64,000 nt of DNA from the human T2T-CHM13v2.0 reference genome, Homo sapiens. The position numbers were made by a program, and so were the translations under genes. Below the pieces are notes generated by a model, which saw nothing but the letters and a program-made list of their open reading frames with translations, did no database searches and had not been told where the DNA came from. Positions 1 to 17,329 of the stretch are shown here, piece after piece; positions within the stretch are counted from its first letter, which is position 1, and each line of letters starts with the position of its first letter. The stretch is taken from assembly GCF_009914755.1 (NCBI RefSeq), contig NC_060941.1, one strand, 5' to 3'.

Positions 1-1227
1 ATCATCTTCTTCTTCATCTCGGGAGGTGGGAACATCGAAAGCTCTCATGTAAGATGGCAACTACGATGACCCCAGGGCCCTCCCATTCTGATGGCCAGTA
101 TTAGGAATCACAGGAGCACCAGAGTGAGAATGCTGGAGCTAGAAGATCATCCAGCCTCAGCAGGGAAACTGGACCCAAAGAAGAGCAGAGACCAGCCCCG
201 AGCCACCCACTTGGTTAGTGTCAGAGGCAGGACAGGAACCCTGGCCTTCTGTGTGCAGGCCATTTTTCTCACTCTAGCACATGTGATTCCTCCAGTCCCA
301 GAGGTCAAGGTCAGAAGAGCAACTTAATACATCTCTGTAATCAGGGGAGATGAGCTCCTTGGACATTGGAAACATTGTGCTAATCCACTCCAAAATATTC
401 TAGCTCAAGGCCAAGTGCAGGGGGCTTATGTCAGTGGAAGCCCCACTCCTTCAATGTCAGTACAAGCACCAAAAGGAAAAGAAAATACCCCAAGATATTC
501 TAAGTGGCTCAGCCTTGGGAGAGACCTTACCCTGGAATTTCCCTGAAATGTCATCAGGATGCAGGGTTTGAAGCATGTTCCTTTCCAACCGGCCCTCCCA
601 GTCCCCTCTACATGGCTGTACCCTTAGACCCATCAGCTCACTGCCTCCTCACTGTCCTGGGGACTCCTGCACCTGGGGACTCACATTTCTTATGGTTTTT
701 CCTTTCCCCCAGCAGTGATTCAGCAAATGCCTGTTGCACTCTAGGCTACAGAGATGAAGGCATGGTCTCTACCCTTCCAGAGCTCACAGGCTGGCCAGGA
801 GACAGACAAATGGATAACCAGAATATAGTAGGAGAAAGACCTTTCTGGGCTGGGGGTAGCATAGTAGAGAAGCTCAGAGAAGCTTTCACAAGGGTGGAGA
901 GAGTCCCACTAGGCTGTGGAGGGTGAGTTGAATTCACTGTGCACACAGAGAGGGATAAGCCAAAGTGAGGAGTCACATGGGGAGACTGATGGCTGCTGTG
1001 TTCTCCCAACCAAACCAGGTGCATCCTTCAAGGACCTGACCAAGGCTGACTCCTACAGGAAGCCTTCTTTGATACAAAGGTTGCAATCTCACTTCTCTGA
1101 ACCTCTGTCCTAATTGGTCTATGACCATTCCATGCCCTTCCCTCCCCCACTGCTGGGGCCCCTTGGCCAAACTTGCCAATCTACAGTACCCTGTGCTAGA
1201 GCCAATATTGACCTGAGGCAGGAATTA

Positions 1228-1542
<315 letters not shown>

Positions 1543-1789
1543 TCAACCCCAGACTGTCCCCAACTGCAACCATTGTCATTTCCCCAAGCTGCCTTTGGCT
1601 GCTGCCTTCTGCCAGTGATCTGGGGCAGCAAGAGGTTTAAAGAGAAAGCTTGCCATCCTAAGTCCCAGGAAGTCAGCTCCTGGGACTCAGGGGAGCCCTT
1701 GGTTCTGCATCTATGGGAAAGCATCAGAAGCAGCTGCCCTCACCTGCCCCTGCTACCTTGGAACACAGTGCCCCACCCCCATCAGTCAG

Positions 1790-2175
1790 GAATATATCCA
1801 CTTGGCTGCAAGTAGCAAAAAGCTTAGTTAACACAGGCTTCAGCACATAAGGGTCTGTTTTGCTCAGGTCAGATGTCCTAAGATAGACAGTTTCAGCAGA
1901 TGCAGCTGTTCAAATTTGTCACCAAGGACCCAGACTCAGTCTGTGTTCCTAACCATCACCCTTAGAATTTGAATTTCATTCTCACAGTCGCAAGATAGCT
2001 GCATTATATCCACACTGGGGTGGGCCAGCCACGTCCATCCCTTTAAAAAAGCCATCCTGGAATTCCACCTTGTGACTTTTGGTTGCATCTCATTGGCCAG
2101 AACCAGGTCCATGTCTACCCCTGGCTGCAAGGGGGTCCGGGAAAGTCAGTATTTTTACTTTTCTGCTTTTATGGT
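1790..2175 (-). mobile_element. Old MaLR LTR (MLT1-like)
   Basis: TGGCTGCAAGTAGCAAAAA start and CATCTCATTGGCCAGAAC motif; boundaries approximate. Confidence 0.5.
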
Positions 2176-2263
2176 AAAGCAGTGGTGCTTTAACTTGAGA
2201 ACAACAAATCGGCTGGGGAATCTTGTTAAAATACAGATTGGGGACCCAAATTCGACATTTCTA

Positions 2264-2778
<515 letters not shown>

Positions 2779-3417
2779 CTACCCAGCACCTCCACAGCAG
2801 CTGCAGCCTATAACAAGATCAAGTAAGGTTGGTCCCTCACTCAGGGACTCCTACACACCAGCGACTCCTGGACACATAAAAGGACGGGGACTGGAGCCTT
2901 GGCTGGGATGGGCTGCACTTCCAGACCTTATGCTACCACTGGCAGGAGGTGGCCAAGCGTGTGCACTCTGGGGATGGCCTAGGGCTTGTTAGGGGCACCC
3001 TGGCCTGGCAAAGGGTAGAATAGAGCACACAAATCCGAGGCTCACCTCCAAAGCCTACTCTTTCTTACACAGCCAGGAATTCACAGAGCCAGGGCTCAAA
3101 CCTCAGCCTTCTGATGCCAAAACCAGAGTCCTTCCCACTTTCCCAGGCTGCCTCTGGCTGTCCCCTGTAGCCAACAATCTGAGGCAGCCAGACTCCAGGG
3201 TGAAAGAGGAGCTTGGGCTCTGGAGCCTGGATGGGACCAATCGCAGGAAATTTCTGGAACTTCTTTGGTTCCAAGGCAGCTGCAGAAGAGCCACCTACCA
3301 GGAGAGGAGGTTGTGGAGCCCAGGGCAGCCCATGAGGAGCCAGGCCATTCCACAGCCTCTCAGGCAGGGCTCTGAGACAGAAGTTCAGGGCAAAAAGTGA
3401 TTCAAATGAAATGCTGG

Positions 3418-4341
3418 TGAGAGGTGAAGCCAGCTGGGCTTCTGGGTCAGGTGGGGACTTGGAGAACTTTTCTGTCTAGCTAAAGGATTGTAAACACACC
3501 AATCAGCACTCTGTGTCTAGCTTAAGGTTTGTAAATGCACCAGTCAGCACTCTGTAAAAATGCACCAATCAGCACTCTGTGTCTAGCTTAAGGTTTGTAA
3601 ATGCACCAATCAGCACTCTGTGTCTAGCTTAAGGTTTGTAAATGCACCAATCAGCACTCTGTAAAAACACACCAATCAGCACTCTGTATCTAGCTAAAGG
3701 TTTATAAATGCACCAATCGTCCTCTGTAAAAATGCACCAATCAGTGCTCTGTGTCAAGCTAAAGGTTTGTAAACGCACCAATCAGCACTCTGTAAAAACG
3801 GACCAATCAGCACTCTGTAAAATGGACCAATCGGTGCTCTGTAAAATGGACCAATCAGCAGGATGTGGGTGGGGCCAAATAAGGGGATAAAAGTTGGCCA
3901 CAAGAACCAGCAGCGGCAACCTGCTCAGGTACCTTTCTATGCTGTGGAAGCTTTGTTCTTTTGTTCTTCACAATAAATCTTACTGCTGCTCACTCTTTGT
4001 GTCCATGCTAAGTTTATGAGCTGTAACACTCACAGGGAAGCTCTGTACCTTTGGTCCTGAAGTCAGCAAAACCATGAACCCACTGGGAGGAATGAACAAT
4101 TCCAGACCTGCCACTTTTAAGAGCTGTGATGCTCGCTGCAAAGATCTACGGCTTCACTCCTGAAGTCAGCAAGACCATGAATCCACCAGAAGAAAGAAAC
4201 TCTGGACATATCTGAACATCTGAAGGAACAAACTGGATACACCATCTTTAAGAACTGTAACACTCACCGCAAGGGTCTGTGGCTTCATTCTTGAAGTCAA
4301 GAAGGGTAAGAACCCCCTGGAAGGAACCAATTCTGGACACA
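3418..4341 (+). mobile_element. Solo LTR12 (ERV9 LTR), 924 bp
   Basis: TGAGAGGTGAAGCCAGCTGG...TTCTGGACACA; TSD CTGG at 3414-3417 and 4342-4345; 12 CCAATCAGC-type units; AATAAA at 3972. Confidence 0.96.
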
Positions 4342-6264
4342 CTGGGGCCAAAGTGAAGCTGCCGTCAAGTTTTGGTTAACACCCATCTGGGGATGCAGAG
4401 CTGGTGAATGAGTTGGCCTGGGCTAAGGAGTTGTGGCCCTCGGGACAGCCAGGCCTCCAATTCCCCCTCAGCCTCCACCTACCTCAGATCCTGCCCTCAC
4501 TTGTGCATGCCCTCTGCATGTGGAGCCCCCAGCATGTGCGTACTCTCTGCTATCTGGTACCAGCAGCATTGGGCTAGCTGTGCAATGGAAAATTAACATT
4601 ACATTCTTACACACCTAAAGCCTATAGGCTGACACTCAGAGGTCAATCACAGTGTCTACCCCAGTGGGCAGTGGGTTTTATGCTGGGTGACCCTGTCCCC
4701 CTGCCCCCTACCCCACCTGCTGCTGCTAATCGGTGCAGACACTGGCCACCAAGGTATAGGCGGGCAAGCCTGGGATAAACTGAGCCAGTCAAATTTCCTC
4801 TTTGAAAATCTGAACCTTCCAGGAAGACTGAAATGTTTTCCAGAGGGACTGAAGTGAGAAACCAGAATGTAGAAAGCTGCTCGGCTACAAACTGTGAGGA
4901 AAAAGAAACTTTGAGATAAAAGGTGTGAAGTAAAAGCAGGGATTCTCAAATGATAGCAAATGTAAGACTCACCAGATGTATTTGTTGAAAATGCAGATTC
5001 TGGGGTCACACCCTTAGAAAATCTGATTCAGAAGAGTGGCCAGGGATGGGTCTAAACCCCCAGGCTGGGAGAGTCTGAGGCAGGGGACTCAGCGACCACA
5101 CTTTCATAGCCGGCGGGATAGGTCAGGGAGCCAGGAACAGCAGGATGCTTGACAGCACCTGGTGGCCTGAGTCCCACGAAACCCCATGGTAAAGTCCTTG
5201 GAGCTCACAGGCCTCCTCCGTATGCATCCACAATACTCCTCCGCTACAGAAGACAGAAATGTATCTCTGGGCTTTGCAACCACAAGGGGCCTGCCAGGAC
5301 CAGGCCACACTTCTCCATGCACAGTGGCTCCAGGGAACGGGATCTTAAGAGCCTCACTTCCCCTGCTGGAGTCTGTGCGTAGTGAAGCTGACAGCCTTGG
5401 GGGCCCGCACACCTGCCTCTGAATCCTAATCCACAGCTTGCTTCTGAGCCCTGCTGGCCACGTTAATTCACCCCCTGGAGACTTAGTTTCTCCTTAAAAT
5501 ACCAAGTCAAGAATGCCCACCTTATAAACTTATGAGGGCAGTTGAGCTTCGATATATACTGGCTTTCTCCCCCAGGCCTATCCAGAAGCTATTTTCAAAA
5601 TCAGAGACACGGTTTGGGTAGGCGCAACCGCTCCAATCTGCCCCGCAGGGAAGTTGTAGTGTTAGATGCCGTTGTCATCCCCAGGAGCTACACAACACAG
5701 AGGCATCGATGCCTGAAGTGGTGCTTTTTCTGTAGAGGCTGGGGGTTTAAAGTGTGTGTGAGTATGTGTGTGTATGTGTTGTGTATGTGTTTTGTGTGTG
5801 TAAAATGACATGGGAAGAAGAGCACAGGAATATCAAGACAGGATCTATAACCAGTTGCTAAAACAGGCTTATTTTTTCAAAATGGAAATATCTTTATTAT
5901 ATTATCCTATTATTAAAGTAACACTTGTTCATTGTAAAAAAAAAAAAAACATCAAACATTACAGAAGTTTATGTGGTAGAAGGGTCAAGTTTCCACAAAA
6001 TCTTAACCCAAAGAGAAAACCATGGACAGTGGTTTAAACTATGTCCCTCCAGGTGCTTTTTAAAATGCATATATATGAAAAAAATTTTAATAAAACGCAT
6101 ATATGACTTCTTAAAACATAAATGGAACCATATTATGGTGTCCATATTCTGCTTTTTTCTATTTATTGATCATTCTTCACATTTTAAGTGCACTCCTTCT
6201 GCCTTGGGTCTCCAGCCCTTGTTCCTGGAGGGAAAACAGCCAGTTCCCAAGAAAGATGCTGTGA

Positions 6265-6650
<386 letters not shown>

Positions 6651-7778
6651 TAAGTGCTAGAAAAGGAGAGCTCTTAGACACTGGAGTGACTGCCCTCATT
6701 TTAAAGTCTGCTTCTATTAAAGACATACTGTCTGCATAACAAATAATTTTACTAAGAGGGGGACTGCATTAAAGACGTAGTGCAAAATGCAAGTCAAACA
6801 CAAAGGGATACCATGTTTTACTTGCCAAATTAGCCAAAATGTTTTATTTTAATTATATGCTTGGTGGTGGTAAGCAATATAGCTGGCTGTCTTGTATGCC
6901 TCTGCTGCACATATTAATTGGGATATACTTTCTAGAAAGTAATTTGGCAACATTGTCAAAAGCCTGACAAATGTTCGTACCGTCTGATCCATTGTTAAGA
7001 ATCTACCCCAGTGAAATAGCTCAAAATTCTGGCAAAGAGCAAGGCACAAGATGTTCATTATAAATATTTAATAAAAAGGGGAAAATACCAACAGCCTAAA
7101 TATGCAACATTAGGAGAAGGATCAAAGAATCATGGTCCATTCAAAGCATTACATATTACCTGCCCATTCCCTGACCAGTGATTTTTCAGTCTTTGTTCAC
7201 ATGGGGAAGATCAAAATCAAATGTTGCAATTGAGTAGTGTGTCTGTTACTTGTGGAATTACGTGGGCAGGTTAGGGAAGTCATGCCATTTACACAGGCAA
7301 TTTGGCGGAGGCCTGGAGGTTTCCAAGTGGGAACTGGGGGCTGCAACCTCTGTGGTCTGTTCTGGGTTCAAGTAGAGATGGGTCTCCCTTAGCACCTTTG
7401 CCTTCTTCACACAAGGGCTAATCTGCCACCCATGTCTATCGACCTCAGAGAACTGGAATCTCCTCTGTCAATGGGCTCTTCACATGTGCAACCTCAGAGA
7501 CTGAACAATCTGTCTCCTTTATTATTTGCACAATTATTTGTCCTAATTTAAAGTAGTGTTCTACAATTTAGTGCGTAGAAATTTTAGAAAGGACGGGGCA
7601 GGGGTTGGGAGGAATTAGAAAAGAAAATCACAAAGCTCCCAGGGCTACATCCCAGGTTAAAGATGAATAGGAAGTAAAGGAGCTCTTGCGAGGACTGCCA
7701 CTGTGCTTCAGGAGCCCAGGAATCTCAACCTGAAAAATTGGCTGCAGATTACTTCAGATTCAGCTGGCTTCAGATTCA

Positions 7779-8075
7779 GGTGGCTCAGGCCTGTAATCCC
7801 AGCACATTGGGAGGCCAAGGCTGGAGAATCACTTGAGCCCAAGAGTTCAAGACCACCCTGGGTGACATAGTGAGACCCCTGTCTCTACAAAAAAAAATTT
7901 TTTTTTTAAATAGCCAGGCGTGGTGGTGCTCAGCTGTGGTCCCAGCTACTCGGGAGGCTGAGGTGGGAGCATCATTTGAGCCCAGGAGGTTGAGGCTGCA
8001 GTGGGCTATAATCATGCCACTATGCTCCAGCCTGGGCAAGAGAGCAAGGCCCTGAAAAAGAAGAAAAGAAGAGAA
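7779..8075 (+). mobile_element. AluJ followed by GA-rich tract (to ~8139)
   Basis: GAGCCCAAGAGTTC and GAGGCTGCAGTG J-type motifs. Confidence 0.88.
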
Positions 8076-8145
8076 AGGAAAGAAGGGAGAGAGAGAGAGA
8101 GAAAGAGAGAAGTGAGGGAGGGAGGGAGGGAGGGGAGAAGTCTCA

Positions 8146-8490
<345 letters not shown>

Positions 8491-11448
8491 GTCAACTTTA
8501 TCCCAGGCCTTGAATTATTCCCACACACACTTTTTTCAGACACAATATCCTGCACTCAAAGATAACCAAGTACACAAGGAAACAAGACATCATGAGTGAA
8601 AACCAGTATAAAAAATGGACAAAAGACAGACATGAACAGGGACTGTAGCTCCTGGCACTGTCAGACAGGACTCTAAAACAGCTATGCCTACTTCAAAGAG
8701 GGAAAAGTCAAAACTTGAAAAAATGGGCCATGTAGCAGAGTTGAAAAAGAACCTGGTAGAATAACCAAATTTACTAAGCTGAAAGTATAACAACCAGAGT
8801 ATCTGAAGCTGCCGCCAGCACTGGAGCCTGCCCCTCCCTGGTCTATGCAGGGAAGCTGACACCCAGCCAAAGCTGAAATTTATTTCTGTCTCCCACTGAA
8901 CTATGTGAGACATGCCACCACCACCCCCTTGGTGAGGTCAGAAGGTTCTGTTTGCTTCTCCGCCATTAGCTCTGGCTCCAGAAGTTGTTTTGATATCAAA
9001 AATGGCAGCAATTATGGCACCATAGGGCAATAACTGGTGGCTTGATCGACCCTGATGTTTGAGGAAGGGTCTGTCCTATCAGGAGGCTATTTGCTAAGGC
9101 AAAGAAGAGCGGGATGAAGTTTAGGAAGATCTACTTCAAAATGTTTTCAAATTTTCTTTAAATGGCTCAACTCCTCAGGAAATCTCACCTGTGAAGCAAG
9201 ATGAAGTCTCCCTGAAGGCTTACTTGAGCCCGTTGTCAGTGAAACCCTGTCTCTTCTGTTGCCATAGTGACATTCCAGCATGTGGGTGAGAGTTTCACTG
9301 GGGATATTTAAGGACATAATATATATTTTAACAGACTATTGCTCCCATTCCTGAGAATAAATTTCCAAGAACTGAAGTCCCTTCCAGAAATTTTGGGGCT
9401 CTCTAGGAAAGACATCCCTTTTAACCTAATAATTTCACTTTAAGAAACTATCTTAACAAATAAAAAAACACATGATTAAGTTTATACTCAAACATCACAA
9501 TGTCTTACTTATTATGGAAGCCACCTAGGTACCCAGCAATAGGGAATGGCTATGTTAACAGGGACATAGTTGCTTATGAACTATTTATTATGCAGTCATT
9601 TAGAAAGAATATAATAAAGACAAGGGAATAACATGATAAAACATCAAGAGTAGGAAGTGAATTTGTGTTCATTAAGATTACTCATTAGTTTTTAAAAAAT
9701 ATATTTAGGAAAAAAAGGACCTACAACAAAATTATATTTGTAGTCTGTTAGAGTGGTGATATTATACGGGTGATTTTTCCTTTTCCCATTTTGTAAATGT
9801 TCTATATTTTTAGAATGGTTTATTTTAAATGTTTTGAAAGAAACAGATACACCCTAGCTCACCTCAGCCTAATTTCTGGGTTAATCATGAGTACAGGACA
9901 GGGTTTAAGATTCTGGTGTTAGAGACTCTGGGTTCTCCCATCACTACAGCTGTGTGAAATTAATCAGGTTCTTCCACCCCTTGGAGCTCTGGTCAGTCAG
10001 CCAACAAATATTTATTGAGTACCTGATAAATGCCAGACACCCAAGTGCTAGGGATACAGCCTTAAATAAAACAGACAAAGTCACTGTCCTCCTGACGTTT
10101 ACAAATAGGGCGGGGAGACAGAAGAAAACACACAACCACACTGCCATGTAAATATACAGTGCGCCAACTGGTGGTAAGTGTTCCGATTTCCTCCCAGAGC
10201 TGGGGTGAGAGTTAAATGAGATAATACACCTAAAGCATCGAGCACGTGCTAGGCACATCGTACATGCTCATAAACAAAGGTCACGTAGCAGCTTTCCTGC
10301 CGCTGCTCAAACCCCCTGGGAAAAGAGAGGAGGCCAGAACTTCAGCCCCTCAGCCCTCCTAAGAGCCTGCAGAGCTCCCCAGATCCCAACTGCAGCTCCC
10401 AAGTGCAGGCTTGGGAATAGATGAAGATAAAGAGCTGTAAAATGTGCAACAATGCCAGGACTAGCCTGCCAGGGAGGTCTGTGGGGTGGCTGACTTTGAT
10501 TTCAGGGTTGCTGACCTTTTCTTCATTGAGATTGGCCAGAACACAGAGCCCAGCTGCCAACAGAGTGGCATTGTAGTTCTGAGCCTCTGGGGCCAAGGGT
10601 TTGGGGCTTTACTTCCAGGTCTCTGTGGGGAAATCATCTGTTCCCTATCAAGAAGCTGGCTTCCCAACCCAACACACCATCTCCAAACCCTGTTTTAATG
10701 CAGCCTTGAATGTCACAGGGAAGACCCTGAGTCCCTCCAAGGTCTCTGAGACATGAATCTGAATAGGGAAGACTAAAACATAAATTGAGCTCCCATGAGA
10801 TACCAAGCATCAACTCTAACCTGGGCCACATGAAAACCTTACCGAGTGTGTATGGTCATTCACCTGCTACAGGTGGAAATCACAGTGGCAGTCAGAATGT
10901 GGCAGAGTGGAGATTTTAAACTAGGTCTCATGACAATGATCCTCCTCTTTCAGTCTCCCAGCTATGCCACTTAGGGTTGGACCCCACTCTCCCTCCCACA
11001 CCCCAAAGCTGATTCATGACTTCTCTAAACTTTTTAAGAAAAAGAGAAAGTAGTGACAACATGGTTGCTTTGCCTAAGAATTCAACAAAAAAGATGTAGT
11101 AATTCATCCCAACATACCCAGCCTGGAGGAAAATATTGCATGACTTATAAAATCCTTCCTTAAACACATTATCTGTACCTCTTCTTCCATGTGCCTGGAA
11201 TTTTCTTTAAGATGTTTTTTCCCCAGAAGGAGAGATACTTACTCATTGCATGATTAATCTGTGCCAAGCACTGAAGGAGGCATCTTTGGTGAATTACCTC
11301 ATTTAAATCCAATTGCCAGATGAGAATACTAAGGTTCAGACAGCTTGGCCCTCTCAAAGCTGTCATGTAAGTAGCAGAGCCAGTAATCACACCAGTCAAA
11401 GCTCACTCTGTTAGAAGGCCTTTCTCTTTGGTTACCAGCTGGCCATGA

Positions 11449-11570
11449 GAATGAACAATTCATCCCAGCTTACGTAGACTTTCCAGGACTTTCCAGATTT
11501 TAGCACTGAAAGTCCCAGGTCCCAGGAAACTCTTTCGTCCTGGGCAAACTGGGATAGTCGGTTACCCGAT
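11449..11570. mobile_element. MER81-like hAT MITE
   Basis: GGACTTTCCAGATTTTAGCACTGAAAGTCCC...GGGCAAACTGGGATAGTCGGTTACCC. Confidence 0.7.
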
Positions 11571-11782
11571 AGGCCATTATCAGAGGCTGGAGGAGATGTC
11601 ATGAGATCTGCTGCTTCTCATACCATTTTGGTTTGAATCAAAGATTTTTCTTCTTGGTATATCCGACAATGAACCACAGAATAGTGGCAACATGTCTTAT
11701 CCTCATTTCTAGATTTTCTCAATTCTCCTTCTCTTCCTTCTTTTTAACAGCATCTAAAACACAAACCTCATCTTGAAGTCTA

Positions 11783-12133
<351 letters not shown>

Positions 12134-13874
12134 TCATTGTATATTGACCCCATATTTCTTTCTCAGAGAAAGTAGGGTTTCTAGTGAATAGAGGGCTGTC
12201 CTAGAAGCCAGAACCCCTTACCCAGTTCTGCCCGTTAAATGGCTGTGTGCCCTTAGGTAAGACTCTTCCCTTCTCTGAGCCCCAGTTTGAAATATGGGAG
12301 TTCTATATGATCTCCTGCCCTTGAGGAGTGCACAGGCCTTAATGTTCAGCCCTCTCATTCTACAGATGAGGACATGAAAGCTCAGAGAAGTCAAGGGGCT
12401 TGGCCAAGGTCACACAGCAAGCTAGAATAGTACAGAAAGACACACAGCAGTCTCTAAAGTTTTCTCTTATGAGACAAAATGTTGCCCCATGTGCCACCCC
12501 CCAGCACACACCAGAGAAAAAGCAGAGTACACTAAGAAACATAATCTGTTTAATGTTGCTTTCTAAGCCTGTAAAGAAAATGAGCCAAATGCTGAAAGAT
12601 TAAGATTCCGATCTTTAAAAACAAATCAGGGTTTAATTTGGGTTTTCTTAAAGCCTCATAAAAAAGGGAAGCTGAATCCTTGACCAAATACTCAGCATTC
12701 CAAAGTGGGACGATGAGACAGATTTTAATTCCCTGCATGAGGAGCAGGCAGATTGGAGGATGTGTATTTCCATTGGCCTGCATATTTTTCAGATGTGTAA
12801 ATGGCAGGCAGCCTGGAGGGAAGAGAATAGCCCCAAAGGGGCACGAGGGGAAGGTGACGCCTTGGAGGAGGGCTGCTTCTGCAAAGCCATAATGAAAGCT
12901 AACTGGGCTGCATCCTGATGGCTGAGAGAGGGCAAGTAACTTACTTAAAGTCATTCAGCTAGTAGGTGGCAGAGTTAGGAATTTAACCCAGATCTAAGTT
13001 CAAGCTCAAGTGCTCACTGGTTATGCTATGTAAAATTGGGAGCGGGAAGAAAAATGGCAAAATCAGGACCCCTTTCCATTATCCAGAGAGCCTGCTGTGG
13101 ACTCTCTGCGATCCCCTCTGGATCTCTTTCTTGCTTCAGTCTTACAGGGCACTTCACTGTTTCCTTAGACCCCCTGTACTGGATGAAAATGTATTCATTC
13201 AGTTGTTCAACAAACGATTAATAAGAGTTTACTATGTGCTGGCTGACACTCCCCATCAAGAAAAGAAACCAATCAAACTAAACAGAAAGATATGTCCAGG
13301 TCCTGGGATTAAGGAGGGATTAAAAAGGGCTTCCTGGAGGAGGCAATGTTTGAAGTGAGCCTTGAGTTGGATTTGGGCATATCAGTTGTGTCCAAATAAA
13401 GCCTGGCTGAATAGTTCTTTAGTCATTACTTATTTACTAGCAGCCTGGGTCCCCTTTGGATATGGAGGGCTCTGGGTCAGTACCATTGACCAAAGCAAAC
13501 TTAGAGATTGTCTAGGAATGCCAGTTATCCCCAAATATTCCAGACCCCAACGTATCAATCTCTCAACTGTCTCTGCATCTCGTCTGTGTAATAGCTGCCT
13601 CCACCAGCATTGGGAAGGCAGGGGAAGGAACACACATCTACTTAGCACCGCTACACCAACTATTTAAAAAAAATACAAGGTCTGTGTGGGAAATATTGTA
13701 GCTTCATGTTACACTGAAGAAACAGAAGCTGATAGAACTTAGGTGACTTGCCAAAGGTCACACAGCTCTACAGGGCAACACAGGGATTTGAATCTAAAGC
13801 CCACACTGTTCTCATGGCCCTACCTGCCTTTCTGTGTGCCAGACAGTGTTAGATGCTTCAAAAACACAACCTCT

Positions 13875-13876
<2 letters not shown>

Positions 13877-13909
<33 letters not shown>
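13877..13909 (+). repeat. Isolated poly(A)33
   Basis: Pure A run with no adjacent Alu or L1 body. Confidence 0.9.
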
Positions 13910-13912
<3 letters not shown>

Positions 13913-14330
13913 CCATAAGGACACCGAACAGGAAATATGGATTCTGCACCTCCAGGGTACTTAGACCATGCTAGACACCAAGGATTCACAGAGGCCTAAC
14001 CTCAAAGAAACACTCACTCTATTGAAAACACCTAAATAGCCCACTAGAAGCCACAGAGGCCCACATATAACCAGGAGTTGAACTGGGTGGTGTCACTGAT
14101 GTCCTGGGTTATAGGTACCAATGAGGGCTGGAGGGGTCAGTGATCAGAGTCCCAGAGGAAGCGATTTTGTGCTGGTCAGGAAGGTCAGGAAGGATTTGGA
14201 CAGAGGGAGGAGAGAAGGAACCCAGGTAGCAGCAGTCATTCTAGCTGGGGGAAACAGTGCTCCAACATTGGCTGGGACCAGGTTCTTTCTCCCTAGCTCA
14301 GCTCTGCTCCCTCGGGATGGTGCCTTCTCA

Positions 14331-14756
<426 letters not shown>

Positions 14757-15266
14757 TTAGGTCACCTGCCCACCAACCAACCGATCAGGGAGAATGGAAG
14801 CTGGGGCTGCACTGTTTAGCTTTAGACTAGATTACAGATTCTATTCTTGAAGCTGAGCATGAACTAACTCCACCCAGAGGTCCATGGACCAAAAGTCAGG
14901 TGGGGATGTTCCCAGAGGAAAATTAGGGTATGGTTACCAAAGAAACAGTACAGATGGAAATAGATGCCGTGCTTGTAGAACTCAGTAAATATCCACTTGT
15001 TCCATTGCCTGAAGAGAACCCAAGGCTTACAATGGTTATAGGGCTTGCCCCAAATCTAGAGCAGGGAGAAGTGGGCTGAAAGGTTCAGATCTTCTGTTCA
15101 AACCCAGTGAAATAGAATGTGTGTGTCTGTGTTGGGAGTGTAAGATGAAAACAAAAGCTAAGGGTTGTGTTGGGTGTTAATAGTGATAAAGGTGTTCTTG
15201 GCAGGATGCAACTAGATTATGGAGAGTTTTGCAAGCCAGAAAGAGGTTGACCTTAATGAAGAAGGA

Positions 15267-15633
<367 letters not shown>

Positions 15634-16891
15634 TCAAGGCTGAAGTCAAGGGGTCTACACTCTTAACCATTGAGACCGACACTCCCTTTTAGGCCTCCAG
15701 GGTACTCCCAAGGGATGGACTCTGCAAGATGTACCCACCCCCATCCCCACTGCCTGGCTCCAGCTTGTCCTCCCAGATCCGGAGTCCCCTCCTCCCTCCC
15801 AATGCTGTGGCTTTGGCAGCCACTTTGCAAACTGAAAGTTTTAAGTGCATTTCCACCCCAGAGGAAGCTGAGAAGCAGGCATGTTGCAGCAGCCACTTCT
15901 GAGCTCCCAACATTTATCTTTCCCCTTCAGAAAAGGGATCAAACACTTTTTCACAATGGAAAGAGGAGAGGGTGGAGGGAGGGAGGGAGGAACACAGAAA
16001 AGAGAGCAAAGAGAAAAAAAGGAGGATGAATAAGAGAATTTTATTTGATCTCATTTGATCTTAATCAGACAAAGTTTATGTTTCAATTATGCATTTTTCT
16101 CTTCCATGCTGAGACAATGAACACATAAGGGAAAACAAATCAACAAATCACGTTATTTATTTACTTCCCTTGAATTTACTCTGATTCCAAAAACATTTAG
16201 GAGGCTCACAAAACTAAACACAATGGTGACTGTGATTATTAGGGACAAAAAGGAACAAAGACCATAAAGGTAGCAGAGAGAGCAGACACCAGCAGACACC
16301 TGAAGAATGCCAATTTCCGACTTGGATGCTATATTTGGCCCTATGTGGAAAAAATGTTCACTTTACATTGGTTTTGTCCTCTGGTGACAGAAAGCATTCG
16401 CATGCAGCTGTGGCCACAAGCTTTTTTTTCTGGGACTAAACTCAAGCTGAAATATATCACATGGGGCTGACAAGTTATATTTGAGTTACAGAGAATAACA
16501 AGGGCAGTAAGCCCAAAGGACTTTTCAAGGAGGCATTGTCCTGAATGGCAATGAATGTTCTAAACAGCATTTTTATTGCCAAGAAAATAAACACACTGGT
16601 TAATTGAATCCTGTGTTCCTTGAGTAGGAGGATGTCAATCTCATCCCAGGTCTGGAGGAGTTAACTGCAGCAGAATGGGCAGCCTGGGAGGCCCTGAGAC
16701 CCAGAACTAGACCTGCAAACTCGGCTGAAGCAGATGCTAGGAGAGGAGAGGGACCAGAGCGAGGTGCCTGCTGTCCCTGGCCCTTTAAGCCAGCCCAACC
16801 AGTAACACATCACATCGTTGGTGGTCAAGGCAATTATCAGCACCCCTTCCTCTCTATGCACTGATCCTTGCATGCTTTTTCCTGATTTTAA

Positions 16892-17258
<367 letters not shown>

Positions 17259-17329
17259 TTATGGGCTGCCTCCCCACATCCACTCTCTCCTCCCATTAGC
17301 AATGCCCCTGAATATCCTTTAGAAGCATA

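Noticed and set aside
1-69. Window-edge frame IIFFFISGGGNIESSHVRWQLR* with possible donors (G|GTGGGA, |GTAAGA)
   Set aside because: Too short and truncated to assign; could be the end of an exon but is not supportable from this window.
3480-3860. CRISPR-like array of CCAATCAGCACTCTG repeats (also in the proviral LTRs)
   Set aside because: Spacers are themselves repeated; this is the known LTR12 U3 tandem array in eukaryotic DNA, and there are no cas genes.
5701-5714. 14-bp palindrome AGGCATCGATGCCT
   Set aside because: Isolated, with no supporting context.
13877-13909. Poly(A)33 as a retrocopy tail
   Set aside because: No TSD and no recognisable upstream body.
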